Source of the DNA: an uncultured Candidatus Binatia bacterium
GTDB taxonomy: Bacteria > Desulfobacterota > Binatia > UBA9968 > CAXXLF01
NCBI GenBank assembly: GCA_965215595.1
Contig: CBDCDW010000005.1
Location: forward strand, 235,316-299,315
Length of the DNA stretch: 64,000 bases
Direction: 5' to 3'
Part shown: piece by piece, positions 33,289 through 42,433 of the stretch
Layout of the letters: the number at the start of each line of letters is the position of its first letter
How positions within the stretch are numbered: the first letter of the stretch is position 1
Program-made: the position numbers and the translations under genes
The notes under the pieces: model-generated
What the model was told of the DNA's origin: nothing
The model's input: only the letters and a program-made list of their open reading frames with translations
Databases searched by the model: none

Positions 33289-34920
33289 CGGGCTGTTGCC
33301 CAAACCTCGGTTAAATAGCGCAATAGATCCAACCGAGCTATAACGTGCGGTGTTTGTTTGCTCAAACCACCACGGCTTGCTGCAAGGCCGTGGGATGGTG
33401 GGTCGCAAAGCGAATGGCCACCTTCGTTGCTGCAGCCAAAACCGCTCTTGGTTTTGGCCGTGCATGATTAATCAATAGCTCGATGTTCTGCACAATCGCT
33501 ATCAAGTAATCTTGAATCTGCACCCGCCAACGACCACGCCACCGCGCTCGTTTCAGTCCATATCGTCTCCCTTGAGCAAACGATCGTTCCATGAAATGCT
33601 GACGGACCTTGATATCTCTTCTTGCCCATGGGCTCTGTGCTCGCATACGCACGCTATCCAATATCTCCTGGCGCTCATGGCGTTTGATGGTTCGCCCCGC
33701 ACTTTGAGAACGAGTGCATTGAAGCCGCAAGGTACACTGCTGGCACACCCCGCGGCTCGTCACGTACTCAAACGCCTTGCGCTCCACCCAGTGCTTACGC
33801 CGCCTAAGCGGTTGCCCGGCAGGACATGTATAAGTGTCGGTTTCTGGGTCATAAACAAACATACTTTCAGGAAATATCTTGCTCCGACGCTCCTGCTTAT
33901 CCTGGGTCTGTTTCAACACCGGAATGTGTGCCAATATCCCACGGTCGTAGCAATCTAAGAAATTAGCTGTTGTCCCGTACTTGCTATCGGCTACCACCAC
34001 CTGGGCACTTCGTTGGGTATGGGCCTGATGATCCTGGAGAAGCTCTGTCATGCGATGTGCTTCGTTCTCGTCCCCAGGGCCAACCACCGTCGCGGTAATT
34101 ACCCCATACGCCCCGTCGATCCCACGGTGGGTCTGATAACGCAGCTTAGAGTCCCCCTTCTTTCCCTTGCGTACCACCGAGGCATCTGGATCGGTTGCCG
34201 ACACGTAGCGCTGGTTGACAACGTTACGCCGGGGAGGGTTCTCGGGTGGATCCTCATGGTTGTCCTCTCTTGCCTCTTCCCGCTCCTCTAATCGTGCCTC
34301 CAACTCCTTGTATGCTGGGCTCAGGTAACGTCTAAGCCCCTGGGTGTCTATAACCGAGTTGCGTGAAGCATCCGCTTCAATCAAACTGGAGTCGCAAAAA
34401 AGCTTACTCCCGTCCACTAACCCGCTCTCCACACACTGCCACACTACTCGCTCGAAAAAGGATCGAAACAACTCTACACCCCAACGCCTCCTCGCCTTGC
34501 TCAGCACGCTATGGTGCGGTATCTCCGAATCCAACTCCAATCCCAAAAACCACAACCAGTCTAGCCGCTCCGGCAACGTTGCCATCAACTCTCGCTCGCT
34601 ACGAACGTTGTAGAGCACCAAAAGCATCATCAGCTTTATTATCATTGGCGGTGCAACCGATACGTTGCCGTTGTATCCATATCGATCCTTGACTTCTTGG
34701 TACACAAAATCAAAATCCACCATCCGTGCTACTTTGCGCAACATGTGGTCCGCACGAATCCGTTTTTCCAAATTAAATCCTGTGTAGAATAGTGCAGGCT
34801 GAGGGGGTGGCTGATGACCCATCATGGCTTTGCTCCCTATAATAATTGAGAATAACTGAGAGCATTATAACCAGAGAGTTCTGTTAACGCACTCAAATTA
34901 TTGATTTGGGCAACAGCCCG
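33289..34920 (-). mobile_element. IS1182/IS5-family insertion sequence, copy 2 (inverted relative to copy 1)
   Basis: Same IRs as copy 1. The transposase at 33362..34825 differs from copy 1 by ~2 aa. Confidence 0.8.
33362..34825 (-). CDS. IS1182/IS5-family DDE transposase (copy 2)
   Basis: 487 aa, essentially identical to 29572..31035. Confidence 0.8.
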   Translation of the reverse strand: MMGHQPPPQPALFYTGFNLEKRIRADHMLRKVARMVDFDFVYQEVKDRYGYNGNVSVAPPMIIKLMMLLVLYNVRSERELMATLPERLDWLWFLGLELDSEIPHHSVLSKARRRWGVELFRSFFERVVWQCVESGLVDGSKLFCDSSLIEADASRNSVIDTQGLRRYLSPAYKELEARLEEREEAREDNHEDPPENPPRRNVVNQRYVSATDPDASVVRKGKKGDSKLRYQTHRGIDGAYGVITATVVGPGDENEAHRMTELLQDHQAHTQRSAQVVVADSKYGTTANFLDCYDRGILAHIPVLKQTQDKQERRSKIFPESMFVYDPETDTYTCPAGQPLRRRKHWVERKAFEYVTSRGVCQQCTLRLQCTRSQSAGRTIKRHERQEILDSVRMRAQSPWARRDIKVRQHFMERSFAQGRRYGLKRARWRGRWRVQIQDYLIAIVQNIELLINHARPKPRAVLAAATKVAIRFATHHPTALQQAVVV

Positions 34921-34973
34921 GATAGACCTGACCCCACCCTAGAGGGAGGTGGGATCGGCATGAAATGATAGGA

Positions 34974-36134
34974 TTAATCCCTGAGGATGCTGCCTGCGGT
35001 TGTGGCTATGCACTTGGCATTATCAGGGTCCCGCTTGATTCCTTTTGGATCTCTACCTTCTTTAACTGTGTCTATGGCTTCGCGCAAAATCTTTCGGAAC
35101 ATGAGCACGCCTTGGTCAGAAGTCACGTGGTGTTCTAGCGCATGGATCGCAATTGGGCCTTGCCCTTCCATGGCCTCCTTGTCATCAGGAAATCTCTGGG
35201 TGTGTTCATAGCTTCTATCCTGTCTGCTGGCGGGAGCCAGTTTTTCACGTCCAGACATTTCTTGTGGGTCTACATCTGCCGGAATCCACCGAATCGAGGC
35301 TCCAAGTTGGTGCGTGTCATCTACCGGTATGCAATAAGATACAGCGCGGATTTTCTCCGTCTTGGGTTCATCAGTGTAAGTTAAATGTATGTTCAGGGGC
35401 ATAATCATTTCCCAAATGACATCCCACCATCGACCATCAGCAAGCTTCCGAGTCATAACAAATCGCATGCCCATATCGGTCTCTTCGTATTTGATTTCTT
35501 GCGGCATGGAAACATACGAATCAGACGGAAATTGTGGACCGCTATGGGCCGTGTGAAGCCATTGAGTATGGAGCGCATCCATGAGATTTTCTTCGCTCTG
35601 CAACCAATTACAGTTTATTGCTCCGCCTATTCGGGGACCCATTCTGACTCTCAATTTGCCGCCTTCCTTCATCCAGACATCGTATTTCGGTAGTTGAGGT
35701 ATTTTCTCCAGGGGTCCCATATACGCGAAAACCATGCCTCCAAATTCCTGGACGGGATAACATGGATGTTTGATTTGTTCCTTAAAGGCGCTGCCAGGAG
35801 GCTCCAGGGGCATATCCAGAATGTTGCCCTCAACGTCGTAAAGCCATCCGTGGTAACAGCAACGAAGTCCTTGATCTTCAATGCGGCCGTACTCTAAAGA
35901 AGTGCCGCGGTGGCTGCAACGGAGGAACAGCAGACCCGGTCGACCCCCTGCATCACGAAAGGCCACAAGATTTTCACCCAGGATCCGGACACGTTTGGGC
36001 AGGTCTTTCAAATCCTGCGAAAGACAAACAGGTTGCCAGTATCGTCGCATGAGCTCTCCGCAAGGAGTCTCAGAGCCCACATGGGTTAATTCTGGATCTT
36101 CTCTGGGAATCCGAAAACGGTAGGCGCTTCTCAT
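34974..36134 (-). CDS. Rieske non-haem iron ring-hydroxylating oxygenase, alpha (large) subunit
   Basis: Rieske motif CSHRGTSL...CCYHGW (CxH-N17-CxxH) in the N-terminal third. The C-terminal catalytic domain has conserved His/Asp (DALHTQWLHTAH). Confidence 0.8.
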   Translation of the reverse strand: MRSAYRFRIPREDPELTHVGSETPCGELMRRYWQPVCLSQDLKDLPKRVRILGENLVAFRDAGGRPGLLFLRCSHRGTSLEYGRIEDQGLRCCYHGWLYDVEGNILDMPLEPPGSAFKEQIKHPCYPVQEFGGMVFAYMGPLEKIPQLPKYDVWMKEGGKLRVRMGPRIGGAINCNWLQSEENLMDALHTQWLHTAHSGPQFPSDSYVSMPQEIKYEETDMGMRFVMTRKLADGRWWDVIWEMIMPLNIHLTYTDEPKTEKIRAVSYCIPVDDTHQLGASIRWIPADVDPQEMSGREKLAPASRQDRSYEHTQRFPDDKEAMEGQGPIAIHALEHHVTSDQGVLMFRKILREAIDTVKEGRDPKGIKRDPDNAKCIATTAGSILRD

Positions 36135-36236
36135 GGCGAATCCTCCTCGTGCTTACTTTTGGAAAATCGCCACTCATTGACGATTCCGTCTTGGAAGGCT
36201 CCTCGACACGGAACAGCCTCGGCAAATAAGAGGGCG

Positions 36237-37022
36237 TTATATCTGAGGATAACTCACACAAAAACGATCGTAGAGAACATCCCGCCAGTTGATCTGGCCT
36301 GCCGGGTTGGCCAGCCCGACATGTCTCTCAACCTGCATTGCCATTCCGCGGTGATCCTCTTCCACTACCAGACCTAGCTTGTATAATCTTGCCAGCAGCA
36401 TTTCTCCCATTGGACCATGCTCTTCCAGATCCGCCTGCACATGGATATCGTAATATTCTAATGCCTCGTCAGGTACGTCGTATTTCTCATGCAAAGTATC
36501 CCGCCAAAACTTCAAATGATAGCCGGCGAAACCCTCTAGCATCCACCGCACCGCCATCTGTACCGGTGTTGAACGATAGGAGCTTACCGTTGTGTTGATC
36601 CGGGATTCCATCTCGGGGATTGGCTTGGCATATATCAGATCCTCATCCTTTAGCCCAAGATAACGAGCATACTTAATATAGGTCCGACCGTGACCCCCTG
36701 GCCCAGGATCGGCTAGTTCTTCTCCTATCTTGGCCGCCACGACGTCGTAAAGGTCAGGATTTTGTCGCCACAAATCCAAAAAGTTCACCAGCGTCCAAGT
36801 TAGATGAACGTTCGTCAACTGGGCAAATACATAAAATTGCTGCGCGTACTCTCGTAAAAATCCTAAGGGAACCTTCCCGCTGGCAAAATCCTGGTAAAAC
36901 CGACCTAGTTTGCCCGTCTTGGCCTCAGTAAAGACCATCTTTGAAGGATGTTCTCTTGTCTTTTCATCAAACCAAACCTTGAACGAATCAAAATTAGGAA
37001 AAGTAAACTCTGCTGATTCCAT
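36237..37022 (-). CDS. Hypothetical protein (possibly haem-oxygenase-like/TenA-PqqC-type helical iron enzyme); co-oriented with the Rieske oxygenase
   Basis: 261 aa, all-helical composition with several His/Glu pairs (HLKFWRDTLHEKYD, EEHGPMGEM). Assignment is weak. Confidence 0.3.
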   Translation of the reverse strand: MESAEFTFPNFDSFKVWFDEKTREHPSKMVFTEAKTGKLGRFYQDFASGKVPLGFLREYAQQFYVFAQLTNVHLTWTLVNFLDLWRQNPDLYDVVAAKIGEELADPGPGGHGRTYIKYARYLGLKDEDLIYAKPIPEMESRINTTVSSYRSTPVQMAVRWMLEGFAGYHLKFWRDTLHEKYDVPDEALEYYDIHVQADLEEHGPMGEMLLARLYKLGLVVEEDHRGMAMQVERHVGLANPAGQINWRDVLYDRFCVSYPQI

Positions 37023-37380
37023 AGGTCACCCGTCTCAAAGCAAACGATTAAAACTTATTTTTAAGATTGCTTCCTTTTTTATATGTTTGCAACTCACCTT
37101 TTTTCCTCAGTGGCTTCTTATGCAGGCACTCATATCACATAGAAAAATGTTGTAAAAGTAGGTGCAATTTCACGCTGCAGGCAATAAGACCACACTTTAA
37201 TGAAGTTCTAGCGCTGCCGGAAACTCAGCGTCTTGTGGCCATGTCTCATGAGTTTTCTTATAAAAGTCAGGGGGTTGAACCCATGTTAACCTTGTTGACA
37301 GTTGTCTTGTTGGTGTGTTAATCCAGCTTCAAGTCGGAACTGTGACCGACGGCTAACATTGCCACGGAAAGGCAAGAAAG

Positions 37381-38937
37381 ATGGATTCTGTCAAGTCGCC
37401 AATTTCTCCTGAGAAAAACGGGCATAGCAAAAAAGTCGATGCCCTTCTGACAATCTGCCAGAAAATCAATTCGGAGCGAGACCTCGGGGTGGTCTTGGAT
37501 CTAATCGCTCGAGAAGCCACAAATCTCATGGAAGCAGATCGGTCGAGCATTTTCCTACTCGATCGGGAAAAACGGATGCTTTGGTCGCAAGTGACTCAAG
37601 ATGGCGAGACCATCCAGTTTGATGCACGCCTGGGAATCGCCGGAGCCGTAGTCACGTCAGGTCAAGCAATAAACGTAGCAGACGCTTATAACGACCCACG
37701 CTTTAATAAGGACATCGATGTCAAAACCGGGTTTAAGACCAGGAGCGTACTGGCCGTGCCGCTGAGAAATCACGAGGGGGAGGTCATTGGCGCCTTTGAG
37801 GCAATGAATAAAAAACAAGGATTATTTTCGCCTGAAGATCAGGAGTTCCTGGTGGCCTTGGCGGCTCAGGCGGCAGTTGCAATTGAAACGGCAAGAATGT
37901 TTCACGAGCTGAAGCAGCACCGAGATCAACTCCTGGTTGAAAGTAACCAGTTATGGAAAGAGCTGAAGGGTTCACTCTCGACGCAGAACATCATTGGCAC
38001 CAGCGGGAAGATTCAACAGGTGATACGGCAAATAGATCAGATGAGTCACAGTGCGGTGGATACCCTGATCACGGGAGAAAGCGGAACGGGGAAAGAACTG
38101 GTAGCCAAGGCGATCCACTACAATAGTCCCAGGGGCCGAAAGCCACTGGTTGCCCTGAACTGCGCCGCTCTTCCTGAAAGTTTGGTAGAAAGTGAGCTGT
38201 TAGGCATCGAAAAGGGAGTAGCCACCGGCGTTGAGCAACGCATCGGCAAGTTCGAAGAGGCACACGGCGGGACACTATTCCTCGATGAGATTGGCGACCT
38301 GAGTCTCACCGCCCAGGCCAAGATCCTGCGAGTCTTACAGGAACGGGTGGTCCAGCATGTCGGCGGGAGGAGAACGATCCCGGTGGATGTGCGGATACTG
38401 GCGGCAACGAATAAGGACCTGGAAGTTGAAATGAAGAACGGGAACTTTCGCCAGGACCTCTTCTACCGCCTGAGGGTGGCTCATATCCAGTTACCCGCGC
38501 TTCGAGAGGTACCGCAGGATATCCCGCTATTGGCGAAAAGCTTCCTGACTAAATATTGTCAAGAGATGAAAAGAGAACCCATGACACTGTCTGAATCTGC
38601 ACTGAAAAGTCTAGGGTCCTATTCCTGGCCTGGAAACGCGCGGGAACTAGAGAATGAGATGAAGCGAGTGGTGGTTTCGGTTCCGCGCGGGTTAGTCACG
38701 GAAGAGGATCTAACAGAAACCATTCGAAGCGAGGGCAGCGAGTCGGTTGGTGCAGGAACTATGCGGGGAGGCTCGTTGAAAGAAACTGTAGAGAGCCTGG
38801 AAAGGGACCTGATTCGTAATGCGTTACAAACCTCTCAGCAAAATCAGCTGAGAGCAGCGTCTGCATTGGGTTTGAGCCGCCAAGGATTAATCAAGAAAAT
38901 GAAACGCTATGGCATAAAAACTCAGAAAGATTCTTAA
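37381..38937 (+). CDS. GAF-domain sigma-54-type enhancer-binding protein (GAF - AAA+ - Fis HTH) with non-canonical GVATGV in place of GAFTGA
   Basis: N-terminal GAF region (LDLIAREATNLMEADRSSIFLLDREKRMLW...). Walker A GESGTGKE, ESELLGIEKGVATGVEQRIGKFEEAHGGTLFLDEIGDL, arginine finger block, and C-terminal HTH (QNQLRAASALGLSRQGLIKKMKRYGI). Confidence 0.8.
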   Translation: MDSVKSPISPEKNGHSKKVDALLTICQKINSERDLGVVLDLIAREATNLMEADRSSIFLLDREKRMLWSQVTQDGETIQFDARLGIAGAVVTSGQAINVADAYNDPRFNKDIDVKTGFKTRSVLAVPLRNHEGEVIGAFEAMNKKQGLFSPEDQEFLVALAAQAAVAIETARMFHELKQHRDQLLVESNQLWKELKGSLSTQNIIGTSGKIQQVIRQIDQMSHSAVDTLITGESGTGKELVAKAIHYNSPRGRKPLVALNCAALPESLVESELLGIEKGVATGVEQRIGKFEEAHGGTLFLDEIGDLSLTAQAKILRVLQERVVQHVGGRRTIPVDVRILAATNKDLEVEMKNGNFRQDLFYRLRVAHIQLPALREVPQDIPLLAKSFLTKYCQEMKREPMTLSESALKSLGSYSWPGNARELENEMKRVVVSVPRGLVTEEDLTETIRSEGSESVGAGTMRGGSLKETVESLERDLIRNALQTSQQNQLRAASALGLSRQGLIKKMKRYGIKTQKDS

Positions 38938-39045
38938 AGGGGGATATGCAATCCTTCCAAACAAGCAACCCACTACCCCAGAATCACTACGACCAGGAAT
39001 CGAAATGTAAACTTTTAAGCCAAAGTCTCCCGACCGAATTTTCTA

Positions 39046-39822
39046 TCAAACTCCATCCACTGCCGAGTATTGCACAGTTTGCGAGGAAGGGACAAGATGG
39101 ATGACCTTGAGTCTGGCTAGAAGCTTGATGACCGGATAGGCGGGGTCGACTTCGAACCATCGGACCGCGAAGTTAGGTGAAGTGAAGTACTTGTGGTGGT
39201 TATTCTGAAACAGCTCACCGCCAGTCACGAAGTCAATAATCAGTGTGTTCTTGGAATTATCCTTCCTAGTGGTTTCAAAGTTGCGGTAACCGTATTTGTG
39301 ACCACACCAGTTGACGATAGCACCGTGAATTGGTCCCATCATGTAGTGAACGGGGAGCAGCAGATAAAACACCCAGTGTGGAGCGAAGAGAAGATAAAAC
39401 AACGTGTAAAATATCACAAAGAGAAATTTGGAGAACCAACCTCGACCGAAATTATCGATCAAGGGCCAATCCGGGGGGGGAGGGTTTAATAATTTCGCAT
39501 CCGGCTGGATGCCGCGACGGTTAAAGTCCTCGTAACGCTCCCTGGTTGCCAGCATTAGTGTGACGGGGTTTTTATGGATCAGTGGCGAGTGCGGGTCGCG
39601 CTCGGTCTCGCTATAGGCGTGATGTTCGCGGTGAAGGAAAGCATAGGCTCGCGGCTTCAAGTATGAGGTACCCTGAGATAGATACGTTAAAAGATGGAAA
39701 GCCCGCTCCCATCGCCGGCTCATGGTGAACATTGAATGCGCGCCATAACGGTGAAGGAAAAAGGTCTGGCAGAAGATGCACAGCACCCAGTGGGCCACAA
39801 AGAAGATGATAATTGGAATCAT
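39046..39822 (-). CDS. Membrane fatty-acid desaturase (acyl-CoA/acyl-lipid delta-9 desaturase family)
   Basis: Three His boxes HRYGAH, HREHHAY and NNHHKYF, and four hydrophobic segments. Confidence 0.7.
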   Translation of the reverse strand: MIPIIIFFVAHWVLCIFCQTFFLHRYGAHSMFTMSRRWERAFHLLTYLSQGTSYLKPRAYAFLHREHHAYSETERDPHSPLIHKNPVTLMLATRERYEDFNRRGIQPDAKLLNPPPPDWPLIDNFGRGWFSKFLFVIFYTLFYLLFAPHWVFYLLLPVHYMMGPIHGAIVNWCGHKYGYRNFETTRKDNSKNTLIIDFVTGGELFQNNHHKYFTSPNFAVRWFEVDPAYPVIKLLARLKVIHLVPSSQTVQYSAVDGV

Positions 39823-40184
39823 AAGATATTAGTTAGGATGCGAGTTTCCATGCATCGATCTGATGCCCTGCACATCACAGTATATTACCCCGGTTGGTTA
39901 TAAAAATCCAGACAACTTGGGTCTAAAATGCATTCCAGAGAAAAAATTCGAACCCATGGGCGCTGAGGCAAAGGTGGCGAGGATAGCGAAACGAAGGGAC
40001 CCCGAGTCGACTCTACCGCTACGAGGGAGGCCGAAGAGGCATTGCGAAGAAAAGTAAAAGACTACCGATCCATTTTTTTCCACCGAGTTAAAAAAGCATA
40101 AGCCTCCCTTTTTATTGGACTTTGATTACTACCACGTTGAGACCCTCGGGTTGTTCCAGGTCGCCCACGAAGAATTATCGGCTC

Positions 40185-40379
40185 TCATAGCCCGAAGGGG
40201 CAATCAGATTCGAAATCGTCTATGGCGTCTATAGGAACCGCCAGGTAAACGTAACCGTCTATGCCGACTTCCACAGGCATGGTTGGATTGGATTTCGCGA
40301 AATACGCCCCGACTCCTGCCGTGCTTCCGAGGATCAGAGCCATCGCTACCACCATAACCTTGATTCTATTAGTCTTCAT
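40185..40379 (-). CDS. Small secreted/exported peptide (~64 aa) of unknown function
   Basis: MKTNRIKVMVVAMALILGSTAGVGAYFA is signal-peptide-like. The track ORF starts further upstream at 40472. Low support. Confidence 0.25.
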   Translation of the reverse strand: MKTNRIKVMVVAMALILGSTAGVGAYFAKSNPTMPVEVGIDGYVYLAVPIDAIDDFESDCPFGL

Positions 40380-40754
40380 ATTGCTTCTCCTTTCGGATTT
40401 TGAGTTTTCTGAAACTCTCGCAGTCTTTTTTTTGTCCTGCATGCAATACCTTGTTTGCAACCGCTGTGCCAAACCAGCCAGGCATGGATAACTCCCTGAG
40501 TTTTAAGGATTTTTTGAAAAATCAGGTTCGAAAGTGTTTGCCTAGCGAGTCAACTCCGTTGACATCCATTTCCCGGAAAATGCCCCAATTATCAACAAAG
40601 ACAAAGCTTTCGCTTGTCAGTAAACCGGGTTACGGTGCAGTAAACTTTGTTAACAGGATAGTTGACTGTCATCGAGGAACGATGGTTACAACGATAAATC
40701 TGATCCCAGATTGCAGCCCCCCGAGCAATTTGACAACCGATTGACCTCGGAGTT

Positions 40755-41810
40755 ATGAAGGCTTGGACCTTTGGGAAATTTCTCTCAAGAAAACTGGATA
40801 AGTCAGCCGCTAGAATAGAAAGGGAATCAACAATGGAAGCACAAAAAGAACGAGCCTTTGCGATTCCGGTAACCACACGATCCCTGGTGGTCCTTGAGGT
40901 GGCCTCGGAACTTGTGTCACGCAAAAGATCAGAATGGCGCTACCCGCAGGCAAAGGTGAGCCTCCGGAATCAAGGTGATGAGGATTGGAAAGTCTGCTTT
41001 TTTGGCAGCGATACTCCTGGCGCCATTGATTCGGTTGCTAGTGGTGAAGTTCAAGTGGCCATCATCAACCCGGCGGAGCCGTTGAACCTCGCCGTGCGCG
41101 GCACCGGCCCATACAAAGAACCCATCCCGCTCAGGATAATTTCAGTTATTCCATCCTTCGATCAATTGGGTTTTGCCGTCACTGAAAAGACTGGTTTGAC
41201 ATCACTGGCGCAAATTCGCGAACGGCGATTTCCGCTCAAGGTCTCATTGCGCGGGCAGAAGGATCATTCACTTCACTTTATGGTGCGACACGTGCTATCC
41301 GCCTATGATTTCACACTGGAGGACATTGTCTCCTGGGGAGGAGAGGTGCGGTACGATCCTGGTTTACCAGACGAAGGTTCCGGCCGTCTTGGCGCCGTGG
41401 CGCGTGGGGAAATCGACGCCATATTTGACGAAGCCATTAACGTGTGGCTGGACCAGGGATTGGACCTGGGAATGCGATTCTTGGAGTTGGAGGAGCCTTA
41501 CCTTCAAAAACTCGAAAAGATGGGCTATCACCGGGCGCCCATCACCAAGGCGGAGTTTCCGAGGTTAGGCCGGGATATTATGAGTATCGATTTTAGCGGT
41601 TGGCCTATCTTTACTCATGCCAATGTCGCTGATGACGTGATCACTTCTTTCTGTTCAGCTCTGGAGGCACGCAAGGACCGTATTCCATGGCAGGGAGAAG
41701 GTCCCCTACCCATAGAACGGATGTGCAAAGACAGTCCCGACTCGCCCTTGGACATCCCGCTGCACCCGGCGGCCGAGCGATATTGGCGTGGGCGTGGTTA
41801 CCTGCCGTAA
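40755..41810 (+). CDS. Hypothetical protein, possibly periplasmic-binding-protein-like fold (NMT1/PhnD/SsuA-like) but without a signal peptide
   Basis: 351 aa. The weak resemblance to type-2 PBP folds is an impression only. No motifs were recognised with confidence. Confidence 0.3.
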   Translation: MKAWTFGKFLSRKLDKSAARIERESTMEAQKERAFAIPVTTRSLVVLEVASELVSRKRSEWRYPQAKVSLRNQGDEDWKVCFFGSDTPGAIDSVASGEVQVAIINPAEPLNLAVRGTGPYKEPIPLRIISVIPSFDQLGFAVTEKTGLTSLAQIRERRFPLKVSLRGQKDHSLHFMVRHVLSAYDFTLEDIVSWGGEVRYDPGLPDEGSGRLGAVARGEIDAIFDEAINVWLDQGLDLGMRFLELEEPYLQKLEKMGYHRAPITKAEFPRLGRDIMSIDFSGWPIFTHANVADDVITSFCSALEARKDRIPWQGEGPLPIERMCKDSPDSPLDIPLHPAAERYWRGRGYLP

Positions 41811-41892
41811 GCAGTTCTCAACATTCTGCCAAAGGCTGATGAGGTTCAATTTGAATCACCAGGTGTAACGATGAAACTACAACAGAGGGCGT

Positions 41893-42105
41893 TTACAGAT
41901 CCTCTGGCTTGAGTCCTGTTCTTTTGGCGATTCTGGCAAGCATCCGCGGGCCAAGCTCTTCTTGGTCGTGAAAGGCAAATACGAAGTCGGGCCACCCAGG
42001 TCGAGATAGAATACGGTGAGACCCTACCTGTCGTTTAAGGCTCCACCCAATTCGAAGAAGTGCAGCGAACGCACGTCTGGCGCGAGTACTCGGCCACTGA
42101 CTCAT
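41893..42105 (-). CDS. hicA: HicA-family toxin (mRNA interferase)
   Basis: 70 aa; ...GWSLKRQVGSHRILSRPGW... matches the HicA dsRBD-like core. It overlaps the upstream hicB-like gene by 4 bp. Confidence 0.65.
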   Translation of the reverse strand: MSQWPSTRARRAFAALLRIGWSLKRQVGSHRILSRPGWPDFVFAFHDQEELGPRMLARIAKRTGLKPEDL

Positions 42106-42311
42106 GCTGCGGCAGAAAAGGAAATACTCAGAAGATCGGGACCGGCTTCACCGTGTTCTAGACGGTCCGCAATTACACGGAGAGCGAGGGCTTGGACCTT
42201 CGCCTTGGCTTCATCTGGGGTCTTTCCATATGCGAGAACCCCAGCCAGATCGACGACTTCCGCGATCCAGCGACCGTCTTCTTCCTGCTCAATTTCAACT
42301 TTAAACGTCAT
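42102..42311 (-). CDS. hicB: HicB-family antitoxin (UPF0150)
   Basis: 69 aa; MTFKVEIEQEEDGRWIAEVVDLAGVLAYGKTPDEAKAKVQALALRVI is a typical HicB RNaseH-like N-terminal domain. Confidence 0.6.
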   Translation of the reverse strand: MTFKVEIEQEEDGRWIAEVVDLAGVLAYGKTPDEAKAKVQALALRVIADRLEHGEAGPDLLSISFSAAA

Positions 42312-42433
42312 GGAACTTTCACTTCCAATATAGTAAGGCTAATTTTACGCTTTTTAGCCAGCCATGGGAAGACGACCTAGATGATCCATTAATCTATATA
42401 ATTCATTTTGAATGTTAATAAAAGGAGCAAACC

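Noticed and set aside
39925-39960. GGTTCGAAT (T-loop-like) motif on the minus strand, suggesting a tRNA or tmRNA 3' domain
   Set aside because: No complementary T-stem and no acceptor stem, D-arm or CCA-compatible 3' end can be drawn from the flanking sequence. I treat it as a coincidental 9-mer.
40020-40115. agggaggc ... gcctcccttttt as a Rho-independent terminator
   Set aside because: The complementary arms are ~70 nt apart, far too large a loop for an intrinsic terminator. Possibly a structured RNA, but unsupported.
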